From: Chiloscyllium plagiosum
Lineage: Eukaryota
Assembly (NCBI RefSeq): GCF_004010195.1
Contig: NW_025215049.1
Location: forward strand, 8,204 to 41,328
Length of the DNA stretch: 33,125 nt
Direction: 5' to 3'
Positions within the stretch are counted from its first letter, which is position 1. Each line of letters starts with the position of its first letter. A program made the translations under genes and the position numbers. The notes below the pieces were generated by a model. It saw nothing but the letters and a program-made list of their open reading frames with translations. It made no database searches and had not been told where the DNA came from. This document shows positions 22,837-33,125 of this stretch, in pieces.

Positions 22837-23729
22837 GAATCTCTATTTGACATAATTTAATAACTTTTTAGAATTTTTAAATGTTTAATTTTAGATTAAT
22901 TTTAACTAGGATTATATGTTAAATTTTACTTAGTATTTTAATATTTTAATGTTTTAGTAATAAAAATAAATTATTTTAATTCACTAATTAAGGGTGGCGG
23001 GTAATATGGGTGTATTATAATTAAAGTGCACTAAATACACAACAAATGATGAGCAGGAATATAACCTAACGGTCGAAAAACCCAGCTCATTCCTTGCTTT
23101 ATTGGTAATTCTGACTTACAATATTTTATCCCGTTCCCTTTAAGATCATCTGGCTGTGGTTAGCTAGATAGGAGTACACTTACGTCGACAAGCGACGATA
23201 AAACTTGAAAAGGACACGATCCATTCGTATGGTGAGTGCATGAAATAGTTAAACTTTGGCTGTAACCTAGACACTTCAATTGTTTTCATAGCAGCTCGAA
23301 TTTAAATAATCGGCTTAAATTATGCCCCAAGACATTAAAACCCAATAGAATTTGAATTTTACTGTTTTGACAAATTGAATCAATGAGATGATCTGACGTT
23401 TGAGGTATACTAAGCAGGCATTTTGGACAGTTAGCCAGAAAGTGCACCAGCTGCCATTGTCAGACAGGCTACCCTTTTCATATGAAAAATCTGTACAGCT
23501 AAAGACCAAAGATGACCCAGGGAGATCTAGAGGAAGGTCGGCATTGGAGACGATAGCCGCTGTCTGGTTTTGAAAATTGAGCTGCTGTAAATTTAACAGG
23601 GGCTTTATTGGATCAGTATATTGTTAAGTTTGGGAGGTAGATAACAAAGCTTCAAGAGAAAGGAGGCTTAATGTTGTAAACAGTTGTTGTTTAACATTTA
23701 CTTTAGAGTTAAACAATAAAATTGATATT

Positions 23730-24050
23730 TTAGATTACTTACTTACAGTGTGGAAACAGGCCCTTCAGCCCAACGAGTCCACACCGACCCGCCGAAGTGT
23801 AACTCACCCAGATCCATTCTCCTACATTTATCCCTTTACCTAACACGACAGGCAATTTAGCATGGCCAATTCACCTAACCTGCACATTTTTGGATTGTGT
23901 GAGGAAACCAGAGCACCCAGAGTAAACCCATGCAGACACGGGGAGAATGTGCAAACTCCACACAGAGAGTCGCCTGAGGTGGGACCTGGATCTCTGGTAC
24001 TGTGAGGCAGCAGTGCTATTCACTGTGCCACTGTGCCGCCGTGCCGCCCA
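23730..24050 (-). mobile_element. HE1-type SINE, full length, inserted in the solo LTR
   Basis: Reverse-complement match to 13242-13558 along its length. Confidence 0.92.
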
Positions 24051-24237
24051 TTATTCCTTGTTATTTCTTGTTAAATAGTGAAATTTGGGTAGTTCTCTCT
24101 CACTCATACTTTAACAGATTACAAGGCGAATTGAGCTTTTCTGTCTGTTTGGTTTAATTAGCAGAAGGGTTTACAGCTGTGTTGTAACAATGCAGGAAGA
24201 AGGTTCAATGACTTTCTCTACTCCATCTGCATCTTCG

Positions 24238-24308
24238 TGGGTGGGTTACTCTTCGGAGGGACCGAAGGGCCTGTTTCCACACTGTAAGTAATCTAATCTA
24301 ATCTAATC
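24238..24308 (+). mobile_element. HE1 SINE 3' tail fragment with internal deletion
   Basis: TGGGTGGGTT...CCGAAGGGCCTGTTTCCACACTGTAAG followed by (TAATC)n. Confidence 0.8.
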
Positions 24309-24479
24309 TCTCTGATACCTCACACTAACCCTATTTTTGGCTATTGTACCCACCTCACACCAAGGCATATGCTTTACCACTCTCAATAGTGCCTGCAGCA
24401 TGTTGCCTTGTTTGCTTTCACCAATCCAAATCCCCGACAGCAAAACATAGCATGCCCTCTACACTGTTTATTCACTCAC

Positions 24480-25170
24480 TGATACAGTCATAGAGTTTTT
24501 ACAGCATGCTACTGGCCATTCAGCCCAGTGTCTGTGCCATTCACCAAGCATCTACCTATATTAATCTAATTTTCCAGCACTTGGCTGGAAGCCTTGTTTC
24601 AAATGCTGATCTAAATACTTTTCAAATATCTTGAGGGTGACTACTTCTACTAGCTCTTTAGGCAGTGAGTACTAGATCTCCACAACCGCTAGATGAAAGA
24701 AAATGCTTCCTCAAGCCCTCTTTAAACCTCCTGATCCTTTTCATAAAACTATGCATCTTCGCAATGATTGCTCTCCTAAGGTGAAATGTTTCTCCGTCGA
24801 TACCTAGCTATGCCCTCATAACTTTATATACCTCAAACATGTGCCCTCTACTCTAAAGAAAACAACCCTAGCCTATCTAGTCTCTCTTCAGAACATAATT
24901 GCTCCTGCCCAGGCAACATCCTTGTGAGTCTCCTCTACACTCTAATGCAATCACATCCTTACGGCATGATTAACACCTTATAGAGCTCCATCATAACTTC
25001 CTTGCTCTTGTATTCAATGCCTTGACAACTAAAGACAAGAATCCCTCATGCCTTCTTAACCTACCATTCAACTCCCCTGCCTTGTTAGTCCTCCCAAAAT
25101 GCATCAACACATATCTTTTCCAATAAAATTCCATTCATCACTGTTCAGTCCAACTGACCAACCATCTACG
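24480..25170 (-). mobile_element. Old CR1-type LINE 3' fragment
   Basis: Reverse complement of the CR1 tail (CATAGAG...ACAGCA...GGCCATTCAGCCC) and ORF2 C-terminal sequence (CCCAAAATGCATCA = MHFG on minus). Confidence 0.7.
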
Positions 25171-25459
25171 TCGTTCTGCTTGGAATACCTTCCCATTTGC
25201 ATCAGCATTAACAACTATGTTACCCACTTTCATCTCCCTTAATACCTGCCTTACTCTCATTCCAAGAGGAAAACTACAATAAGCAGAAATAGTCAAAACG
25301 GGTGATGGGCTGCCTGACATTTGGCTCATTGCCTCTTATAAAGAGAGGATCCAGACTTCTGACCACCCTAAATGGCTGACTGACCATATCCAACTCCCAG
25401 ACTGGTATCAGAGGCTATCAGAGGCTCGTGCTGGGAACCCAGACCGAAAGCTACCTCCT

Positions 25460-25525
25460 TACATAAAATCCCTACACTGTGGAAGCAAGTCATTGAGCCC
25501 ATCAATTCCACATTGACACCCCAAA
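25460..25525 (-). mobile_element. SINE/CR1 3'-tail fragment
   Basis: CCCTACACTGTGGAAGCAAGTCATTGAGCCCATCAATTCCACA resembles 23745-23785. Confidence 0.55.
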
Positions 25526-25564
25526 GAGCATCCCACCCAGATCCAGATATTTATTAAGTTCCAA

Positions 25565-25657
25565 TTCCAACATCTACTGTGGCACGATTTGAACTCAGGT
25601 TCCCAGATCATTGCCTGGGTCTCTGGATTAACAATCTAGTGATAATACTACTAGGTA
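25565..25657 (-). mobile_element. tRNA-derived SINE head fragment (different family from HE1)
   Basis: Minus strand CTAGTAGTATTATCACTAGATTGTTAATCCAGAGACCCAGG...GAGTTCAAATCGTGCC, with a B-box-like GTTCAAATC. Confidence 0.5.
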
Positions 25658-26097
25658 ATTAACTTGCCTGTACATGTTGAATGCCTATACCTGTGGAAGT
25701 CAGGTGCGTGCAGCTGGTGGCCATAGGACATGCCCTGAGGTGTTTGTGCCCGGTGTTGAGCATGAAGGTCCTTTCAATAATGTGGCAAGGTGAAGCTGTC
25801 AGTTGTCTACTCTGATTTCCATATCGAGAATTCTTGGCATCTAGTTTGCTTGTGGCAGGTAGTAGGGTAGAAAGCTGCATATTAATGAGGTGAGATGAGC
25901 AGTTAATACAGTCAGTGCCTACTAATAATCCCCCTTAATAGGCAACTCCCTACTAAGAATCTCACCTCAATGTCTGGAACTTGGCAGAAGATGCAATAAT
26001 TTAATCCCATCTTTGAGACAGGCTTCACTGGACTGACTCAATTCTGCTATACTTTTCAGAATGGTGCCCATCATTCAGGTTCCTATAAGATTCTGCT

Positions 26098-26190
26098 CGA
26101 AAACAGAAAATGCTGGGAATATCTAGCAGGACAAATATAATCTGGAGACAGGAATGTAAGTTTTTGTTTCAGGTGTACAACTTTTGTAAA
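26098..26190 (-). mobile_element. Short PLE-terminus-derived repeat, decayed
   Basis: AAAACAGAAAATGCTGGGAATATCTAGCAGG is approximately the reverse complement of 13910-13945. Confidence 0.5.
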
Positions 26191-26462
26191 GCCCACACCT
26201 TTTTAATTTTCTTAATTTTGGATATGGACCAAAATTGTAGGAAAATAGAAAAAAACAAGGACTGTGGAGAGAGTTATTGCACTTTTAAAGGCATATTGTG
26301 AATTGTGTTTCCACTGTTGCTTTGATCAAGCAATTGGGAAGATGTCTAACGCACCATAGTGGACTATGTGTGGAGAGCAGGCTTGTCCAGAGACAGACTG
26401 CTGACAGGTTTGAGTAATCAGGACCAGTTGTGGAGGCTGAGAATTAATGACAGGATGACAAT

Positions 26463-27422
26463 TATTATGACACGGAGGTCAACCCCTCTGTTAATTAAAC
26501 CAAACATCCAGAAAAGCTCACCTTCTCTTGTAATCAGTGAAAATATGAGTGACAGAGAACTCCCTAATTCCACTATTTAAAGAAAATAACATCAATTTAT
26601 ATTTTAACTTTAAAAGTAAACATTACACAACAATTATTCAGAATTCTAAGCCCCCCCCCCCTTTCTCTTAACTGCTTACTATCTGCCTCCTACTCTATAA
26701 TGTACTGTTCCAATAAGACACTTATTAACATTACATCAATTTAATTTCAAAACTGCAAAGCCACTGTCTTCTTCTTATCTTTCTTCTTCTGGCTGAGGAG
26801 CTCCCTGGGTCATCTTTTTTCTTTTTACTGACAGTATGTTTCATATGAAAATGTATCTTTGATAGACAGTGTTTCCTAATTTCTTGAGAGCAAGATATTA
26901 GCTCTCCATGTGTTTCTGTCTTGATGGCAATTGCTCTCTCTGACCAACATTGGATAATCCCATTGGTTACATGTTGACAAAACAATAAATTCAAACTCAA
27001 TTGGGTTTTAGTATCCTGGGGCATAATTTAAAATTTCTTGAGAGCAAGATATTAGCTCTCCATGTGTTTCTGTCTCGATGGCAATTGCTCTCTCTGACCA
27101 ATTTTTAAAATGTCCACACTCTATACACCTCCAACATTGGATAATCCCATTGGTTACATGTTGACAAAACAATAAATTCAAACTCAATTGGGTTTTAGTA
27201 TCCTGGGGCATAATTTAAATTGATTGGTTAAATTCGAACTATTGTCAAAATAGCAACCCAAACTCAGGTATCCATTTCACAGCCAAATGTTACATATTTT
27301 CAATTTTCCAATAGATTCTGGGACTGCCATCTAGTCATATACAGAGGTGCTTGTAATTTCTCATCTCAGAACAGCATTCACTCTCTCTTAAAGGTATAGT
27401 ACATGCCTGAAACTTGAAAACA
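26463..27422 (-). mobile_element. Solo LTR, same family as 18428-24189, with internal tandem duplication
   Basis: Colinear reverse-complement similarity (GGCATGTACT..TTTAAGAGAGAG; AAATTATGCCCCA..TAAAACCCAAT; GTTTGGTTTAATTA) and TSD-like CAAT/CAAC. Confidence 0.8.
26878..27218. repeat. Tandem duplication (154-bp and 187-bp copies)
   Basis: 26878-27031 and 27032-27218 are near-identical; the first lacks 27102-27134. Confidence 0.95.
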
Positions 27423-27889
27423 CAACTCTGTGATTATCTTCTAGGCAAGTGAACAGATGGAAAACATACAGATGCAGAAGCTTAGAGACTGCAACAGACA
27501 AAGGGCCAGTCTCTCTCTTCTTGCAATGAAATAATCAAAACCTAGAAGATAGCTAGTTATTCTGTCCCACCATTTTGCTATAAGCTGTTGCCTCTAATCA
27601 GACTGAAAGACTGAACAATTACTGTGCCAGTTGTGTCTTGTCTGTAGTAAAGCACTGAAAGATTTGGAAAGGAAAAGGGATGTCTCATTGAATGATGTGG
27701 ACTGGTGGTATTGAACTGCATTTGCCCAGTACTTTTCCTCCACCTATTACATCCATGTTGGTTTATTTCCAATGTTTGCCTGCATGTGTGTGTAGGGGTT
27801 TAAGAAAGGAGTTAGAGCTTTAACTAACAGGGCTTTATATTGATAAATTAAGTTTGTGTTTGCCTGCAGTTAAAATTGATTTGTTTGTA

Positions 27890-28468
27890 ATAAATAAATG
27901 CGAAGTATTGCATTTTGGTACAGTATACAGGGCCTTGGGTAGTGTTGTAGAACAGACGGACCCAAGGATTCAGGTACATAATTCTTTGAAGTTTGCAATA
28001 CAGGTAAACAGGGTAGTAAGGAGGTGGTTCACTCGCTTGTTTTCATTGCTGAGTTCTTTGAATATTGGAGTTGGGAAGTTATGTTGAGGTTGTACAGGAC
28101 ATTGGTGAGGTCTCTTTTGGAGTACTGTCCAGTTCTGGTCACCAGTTGTAAGGTGGATATTATTAAACTGGAGAGTGGTCAGAAGAGATTTACTAGGATG
28201 TTGGCAAGTATGGAAGGTTGGAGTTGGATAGACTAGGACCTTTTTCACTGGAGGGCACGACGTTGAGAGGTGACTTTATAGAGGTTTATATAATCGCGAT
28301 GAGTTTATAGATAGGGCTAACAATAGGTGGGCATTTTAAGATTAGGGAGCATATTTTTAAGGTGAGAAAAGAGAGATTTAAAAAAAGGTATGAGGGACGT
28401 TATTTTACACAGTGGGTGTTTCGTGTAGGGAATGAGCTTCCAGAGGAAGTGGTGGATGTGGGCACAGG
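27890..28468 (+). mobile_element. CR1/HER1 LINE ORF2 C-terminal fragment
   Basis: KCEVLHFG; VMLRLYRTLVRSLLEYC; LESGQKRFTRML. Confidence 0.88.
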
Positions 28469-28829
28469 GAGTACTGGCACTCAGGTATCAACCCGTTTTC
28501 CCAAGTGGACAACAGATCGGGGCTCTTGTGGGATAATCTTTCAATGGAGGAAATGAATTTTTGACTGTGATATTATCAAATGGTAGAAGACTAAAGGAAA
28601 TGCCAAGTTCCATACCACAAATAATAAAGGGTCCTGAAAACAGCAAAGGACTTCCTGCAGGCAGCAGAGTTGTTTCCAGTGAACTTAAAAGAAAGTAAGA
28701 GACCTTGGAGTGCAGGTTCACAGTTTCTTGAAAGTGGAGTCACAGGTAGACAGGGTGGAGAAGACCATGTTTGGTCAATGTATTGAGTATAGGAGTTGGG
28801 AAGTCATGTAGCGGCGGTGCAGGACATTG

Positions 28830-29001
28830 AACATAGAACATAGAACGTTACAGCACAGTACAGCCCCTTTGGCCCTCGATATTGCACCAACCTGTGAAAT
28901 AAAGTGATTCCCATGTAACCTATTGCATTGCATTATTGTACATATGTATGTCCAATGCCCATTTAAATGCCCTTAACGTCGGCGAGTCTACTACTGTTGC
29001 A
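28830..29001 (-). mobile_element. Short CR1 3'-end insertion (family of 29212-32436)
   Basis: Reverse-complement match to 32280-32436, (AACATAG)n tail, TSD-like GACATTG/GACCTTG. Confidence 0.8.
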
Positions 29002-29215
29002 GACCTTGGTTAGGCCACTTTTGGAATACTGCATTCAATTCTGGTGTCCCTGTTACAGCAAAGATGTTGTGAAATTCAAAAGGGTTCAAAAAAGACTTAC
29101 AAGGAAATTGACAGGGTTGAAGGGTTTAGCTATAGGGAGAGGCTGAAGAGGCTGAGGCCATTTTCCCTGGAGTGTCAGAGGCTGAGGAATGACCTTATAG
29201 AAACATCACAATGTT

Positions 29216-30086
29216 TTGGCAGTGCAAGGAGCGCAATGTTCCTCCTGCATGATGTTTGAAGTGAGGGACGCCATTAGTGTCCCATCCAAGTACATCTGCA
29301 GGGAGTGCACCCAACTCTCTCTCCTCCAAGACCGTGTTAGGGAACTGGAACGGGAGCTAGATGAACTTCGGATCATTCAGGAGGCAGAGGCTGTGATAGA
29401 TAAGAGTTATAGGGAAGTAGTTACTCCGAGGCACGAAGAAAGCTGGGTGACTGTTCGAAGGGGAAAAACACAGTCAGTGGGATCACCTGTGGTTGTTCCC
29501 CTGAAAAATATGTATACTGTTTTGGATACTGTTGAGGGGGACGACTTACGAAGGGTATGCAATGGAGCCCAGGTCTCTGGCGCAGAGCCTGTCCCTGTTG
29601 CACAGAAGGGAAGGAGGGAAAGGAGGAGAGTGTTAGTCATTGGGGACTCAATAGTTAGAGGCTCAGATAGAAAGTTTGTTGGGATTGAATGAACTCGCAG
29701 TTGGTGTGTTGCTTCCAGGTGTCAAAGTCCGTGCTGTTTCGGACCATATCTTTGGGGTCATGAAGGGGTCATGTAGCAACGACATAGGTAGAAAGAGGGA
29801 TAGGGATGTAAGGTAGGATTTCAGGGAGCTAGGGTGGAAGCTGAGAGCTAGAACAAACAGAGTTGTTATCTCTGGTTTGTTACCCATTCCACGTGATAGC
29901 GAGGCAAGGAATAGGGAGAGATATTAGCTGAACACATGGCTGCAAGGATAGTGCAGGAGGGAGGGGTTCAGGTTCTCGGATAATTGGGGCTCATTTTGGG
30001 AAGGTGGGACTTGTACAAACAGGACGGTCTTCACTTGAACCAGAAGGTGGGAAATTTGCTGGGGCTATTCGGGTGGGTTTAAACTA
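29216..30086 (+). pseudogene. CR1 ORF1 (CxxC..CxxC zinc finger, leucine zipper, SGNH esterase-like domain)
   Basis: CSSC..CREC, LQDRVRELERELDEL, VLVIGDSIVRG (block I) and YKQDGLHLN (DxxH block V), with stops/frameshifts. Confidence 0.88.
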
Positions 30087-30283
30087 GCTCAGCAGGGGGA
30101 TGGGAACCAGAGGTGTAGTTGCAGTGCACAGGAGGATGAGAGTAGGAAGGACAGGGACAGGATTTCAGGGTCACAGGAACATGCTGGCAGACAGTAAGCT
30201 GGTTTGAAGTGTGTTGACTTCAACGCCAGAAGTATCCGAAATAAGGTAGGTGAGCTTGCAGCATGGATAGGTACCTGGGACTT

Positions 30284-30379
30284 NNNNNNNNNNNNNNNNN
30301 NNNNNNNNNNNNNNNNNNNNNNNNNNNNNNNNNNNNNNNNNNNNNNNNNNNNNNNNNNNNNNNNNNNNNNNNNNNNNNN
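30284..30379. other. Assembly gap / masked run of N
   Basis: Run of N. Confidence 1.
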
Positions 30380-31115
30380 TAGGAGTGAAAGGAACAGGGT
30401 GGTCATTATGAGGGACTTTAACTTCCCCAACATTGACTGGAAATGCTATAACTCTAGTACATCGGATGGATCAGTTTTTGTCCAATGTCTAAGGAGGGAT
30501 TACTGACACAGTATGTCAAAGGGCCGACAAGTGGGGAATGCTTGGTAATGAACCAGGCTAGGTGTTTGACTTAGTGGTAGGTGAGCACTTTGGAGAGAGT
30601 GACCATAATTCAGTTACATTTAGTTTACCGATGGAAAGGGATAGGTCAAGATGCCACAGGTCAAGAGTTATAGATGGGGCAAGGGAAATTATAATGCGAT
30701 TAGGCAAGAATTAGGATGCATAGAATGAGTAGCAAAATTCAGGGGATGCAGACAATGGAAATGTGGGGCTGGCATAAGGAACAGATATTACGTGTCCTTG
30801 ATAGGTATGTCCCTGTCAGGCAGGGAGTAAGTGATAAGATAAGGGAACCATGGATTACTACAGAAATTGCATCTCTTGTTAAGCAGAAGAAAGAGGCTTA
30901 TGTGTTGATGAGGCAAGATGGTTCAGATGAGGCGATGGAGAGTTACAGATCAGCTCCGAAGGATTTAAAGAGAGAGTTAAGAAGAGCAAAGAGAGGATAC
31001 GAACAGTCTTTAGCAAATAGAATAAAGGAGATCCCTAAAGCTTTCTGTGGTATGTGAGGAATAAAAAGATGATTAGGGTAGGAATAGGGCCAGTCAAAGA
31101 CAGAAGTGGGAAGTT

Positions 31116-31574
31116 NNNNNNNNNNNNNNNNNNNNNNNNNNNNNNNNNNNNNNNNNNNNNNNNNNNNNNNNNNNNNNNNNNNNNNNNNNNNNNNNNNNNN
31201 NNNNNNNNNNNNNNNNNNNNNNNNNNNNNNNNNNNNNNNNNNNNNNNNNNNNNNNNNNNNNNNNNNNNNNNNNNNNNNNNNNNNNNNNNNNNNNNNNNNN
31301 NNNNNNNNNNNNNNNNNNNNNNNNNNNNNNNNNNNNNNNNNNNNNNNNNNNNNNNNNNNNNNNNNNNNNNNNNNNNNNNNNNNNNNNNNNNNNNNNNNNN
31401 NNNNNNNNNNNNNNNNNNNNNNNNNNNNNNNNNNNNNNNNNNNNNNNNNNNNNNNNNNNNNNNNNNNNNNNNNNNNNNNNNNNNNNNNNNNNNNNNNNNN
31501 NNNNNNNNNNNNNNNNNNNNNNNNNNNNNNNNNNNNNNNNNNNNNNNNNNNNNNNNNNNNNNNNNNNNNNNNNN
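31116..31574. other. Assembly gap / masked run of N
   Basis: Run of N. Confidence 1.
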
Positions 31575-32922
31575 GTGGAGTAGTGGACAGTTTGGAAGAA
31601 TGTTACAGGTTGCAGGGGGACTTGGATAAACTGCAGAATTGGGCTGAGAGGTGGCAAATGGAGTTCAATGCAGATAACTGTGAGGTGATTCACTTTGGGA
31701 AGAATAACAGGAAGGCAGAGTACTGGGTCAGTGGAAAGATTCTCGGTAGTGTGGATGTGCAGAGGGATCTTGGAGTCCATGTACATAGATCCCTGAAAGT
31801 TGCCACCAAGGTGGATAGTGCTGTTAAGAAGGCATACTGTGTGTTAGGTTTCATTCGTAGAGGGATTGAGTTCCATATCATGCTGCAACTATACAAAACG
31901 CTGAAGCGGCCACACTTGGAATATTGTGTACAGTTCTGGTCCCCATATTTCGGGAAGGATGTGGAAGCATTGGAAAAAGTACAGAGGAGATACACCAGAA
32001 TATTGCCTGGTCTAGAGGGAAGGTCTTATTAGGAAAGGCTGAGAGACTTGGGTCTGTTCTCATTGGAAAGAAGAAGGCTAAGAGGGGATTTGATAGAGAC
32101 ATACAAATGATCAGAGAATTAGAAAGGGGAGACATGAAAGTCTTTTTCGTAGGATGATGATGTCAGCTTGTACGAGGGGGTATAACTACAAAATGAGGTG
32201 TGATAGATTTAAGACAGCTGTCAGAGGCAGGTTCTTTATGCAGAGAGTGGTTTGGGCGTGGAATGCCCTACCTGCAAATGTAGTCAACTCAGCCACATTA
32301 GGGAGATGTAAACAATCCTTAGATAAACACATGGATGATTTTGGGATAGTGTAGGGGACAAGCTGAGAATAGTTCACAGGTCGGCGCAACATCGAGGGCT
32401 GAAGGGCCTGTTCTGCGCTGTATTGTTCTCGGTTCTATCTCAAGGGATATGGATAGAATGAATAATCAAGGATTTTCCCTCGGGGTAGAGGAGTCCAAAA
32501 CTAGAGGGCATAGGTTTAATGTGAGAAGGGAAAGACTTAAAAGGGACCTAATGGGCAACCTTTTCATGCAGAAGGTGGTGTGTGTATGGAATGAACTGCC
32601 AAAGGAAGAGGTGGAGGTTGGTACAATGACAACATTTAAAAGGCATGTGGATGGGTACGTGAATAGCAAGGATTTAGAGATGTTTGGGGCAAATGCTAGC
32701 AAATGGGATTAGATTAATTTAGGATATCTGGTAGGCATGGACAAGTTGTACCAAAGGGCCTGTTTCCATTCTGTACACCTCTAGGACTCTACCAAAAGCC
32801 AGGTACGTGAACTAACAAATAAGTCGTGAGTGGAATTTCCTGCTGAAATGAAGAAGGCAGACACAATCAGATGGCTAGCACAGAACTTGAAATTAGAAAA
32901 TTCAGGAGAATTTATAAAGCCA

Positions 32923-33125
32923 GTGAGTGGCACGGTGGCACAGTGGTTAACACTGCTGCCTCACAGCGCCAGAGACCCGGGTTCATTTCCCGCCTCAGGC
33001 GACTGACTGTGTGGAGTTTGCACGTTCTCCCCGTGTCTGCGTGGGTTTCCTCCGCGTGCTCCGGTTTCCTCCCACAGTCCAAAGATGTGCAGGTCTGGTG
33101 AATTGGCCATGCTAAATTGTCCGTA
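32923..33125 (+). mobile_element. HE1-type SINE, truncated by window end
   Basis: High identity to 13241-13445, with A box TGGCACAGTGG and B-box-like GGTTCATTTCC. Confidence 0.93.

Larger units (their letters stand above)
18546..23253 (+). mobile_element. R2 non-LTR retrotransposon (R2-A-type, RLE clade), apparently full length, outside rDNA
   Basis: Single disrupted ORF with 3 ZnF, Myb, RT, CCHC and PD..D endonuclease; structured 5' and 3' UTRs. Boundaries are set by interruption of the LTR; CTT is duplicated at 18543-18545 and 23254-23256. Confidence 0.9.
18428..24189 (+). mobile_element. Solo LTR (Gypsy-like, TG...CA) split by the R2 element (LTR parts 18428-18545 and 23254-24189) and by an HE1 SINE
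   Basis: Termini TGTTA...TAACA, 4-bp TSD-like ATGT/ATGC, AATAAA at 23715-23720. Both parts align colinearly with the reverse complement of 26463-27422. Confidence 0.8.
30204..32354 (+). pseudogene. CR1 ORF2 (APE endonuclease + RT C-terminus), disrupted
   Basis: FNARSIRNK, DFNFPNIDW and SDHN (APE motifs), PWIT, LQGDLDKL..WAERWQMEFN..CEVIHFG, RPHLEYCVQFWSP. Confidence 0.9.
29212..32436 (+). mobile_element. Near full-length CR1 LINE (ORF1 + ORF2 + 3' UTR), decayed, two assembly gaps
   Basis: ORF1 and ORF2 motifs in order, 3' tail GGGCCTGTTCTGCGCTGTATTGTTCT, TSD-like ATCACAA/ATCTCAA (29205-11 / 32437-43). Confidence 0.92.
28700..32791 (+). mobile_element. CR1/HER1 3' fragment acting as host (segments 28700-28829, 29002-29211, 32437-32791) for two nested insertions
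   Basis: Segments join colinearly (CAGGACATTG|GTTAGGCCAC; GACCTTATAG...|...GGGATATGGATAG) and end in the CR1 tail GGGCCTGTTTCCATTCTGTACACCTCTAGGACTCT. Confidence 0.75.

Noticed and set aside
18500..23300. Utopia (U2 snRNA), NeSL (SL RNA) or R8/R9 rDNA-site element
   Set aside because: No U2, spliced-leader, 18S or 28S sequence recognised in either flank; the ZnF/Myb motifs are R2-A-like.
27279..27295. AGCCAAATG in the LTR paralogue's equivalent of the R2 target resembles the 28S sequence downstream of the R2 site (TAGCCAAATGCC)
   Set aside because: It lies on the opposite strand relative to the R2 orientation, is only 9 nt, and the actual site reads AGCCAAAG; probably coincidental.
26190..27890. 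Possible additional older LTR (26190-26462 plus 27423-27890) hosting the minus-strand LTR
   Set aside because: General LTR-like feel (AATAAA near 27889) but no termini, TSD or in-window paralogue to support it.

Overview
Repeat-saturated, gene-free vertebrate DNA, almost certainly from a shark or ray (HE1 SINEs, HER1/CR1 LINEs). Bases 1-180 are a 35-bp minisatellite. Bases 181-13240 are a complex ~22-bp-core satellite with strict strong/weak dinucleotide alternation and higher-order structure, interrupted by a 5'-inverted Penelope-like fragment. The rest is a nest of decayed retroelements: CR1, Penelope-like (Poseidon- and Neptune-type, with minimal hammerhead ribozyme motifs), two solo LTRs and SINEs. 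The standout is an apparently full-length, pseudogenised R2 retrotransposon of the three-zinc-finger R2-A type (18546-23253). It encodes 3 ZnF + Myb + RT + CCHC + restriction-like endonuclease and has a candidate self-contained HDV-like ribozyme at its 5' end. It is not in 28S rDNA but inside a solo LTR, and its empty site can be reconstructed from a second LTR copy in the same window. This suggests an R2 lineage that has lost or changed rDNA target specificity. No intact host gene is supported. Family assignments come from motif recognition by eye, not database searches.
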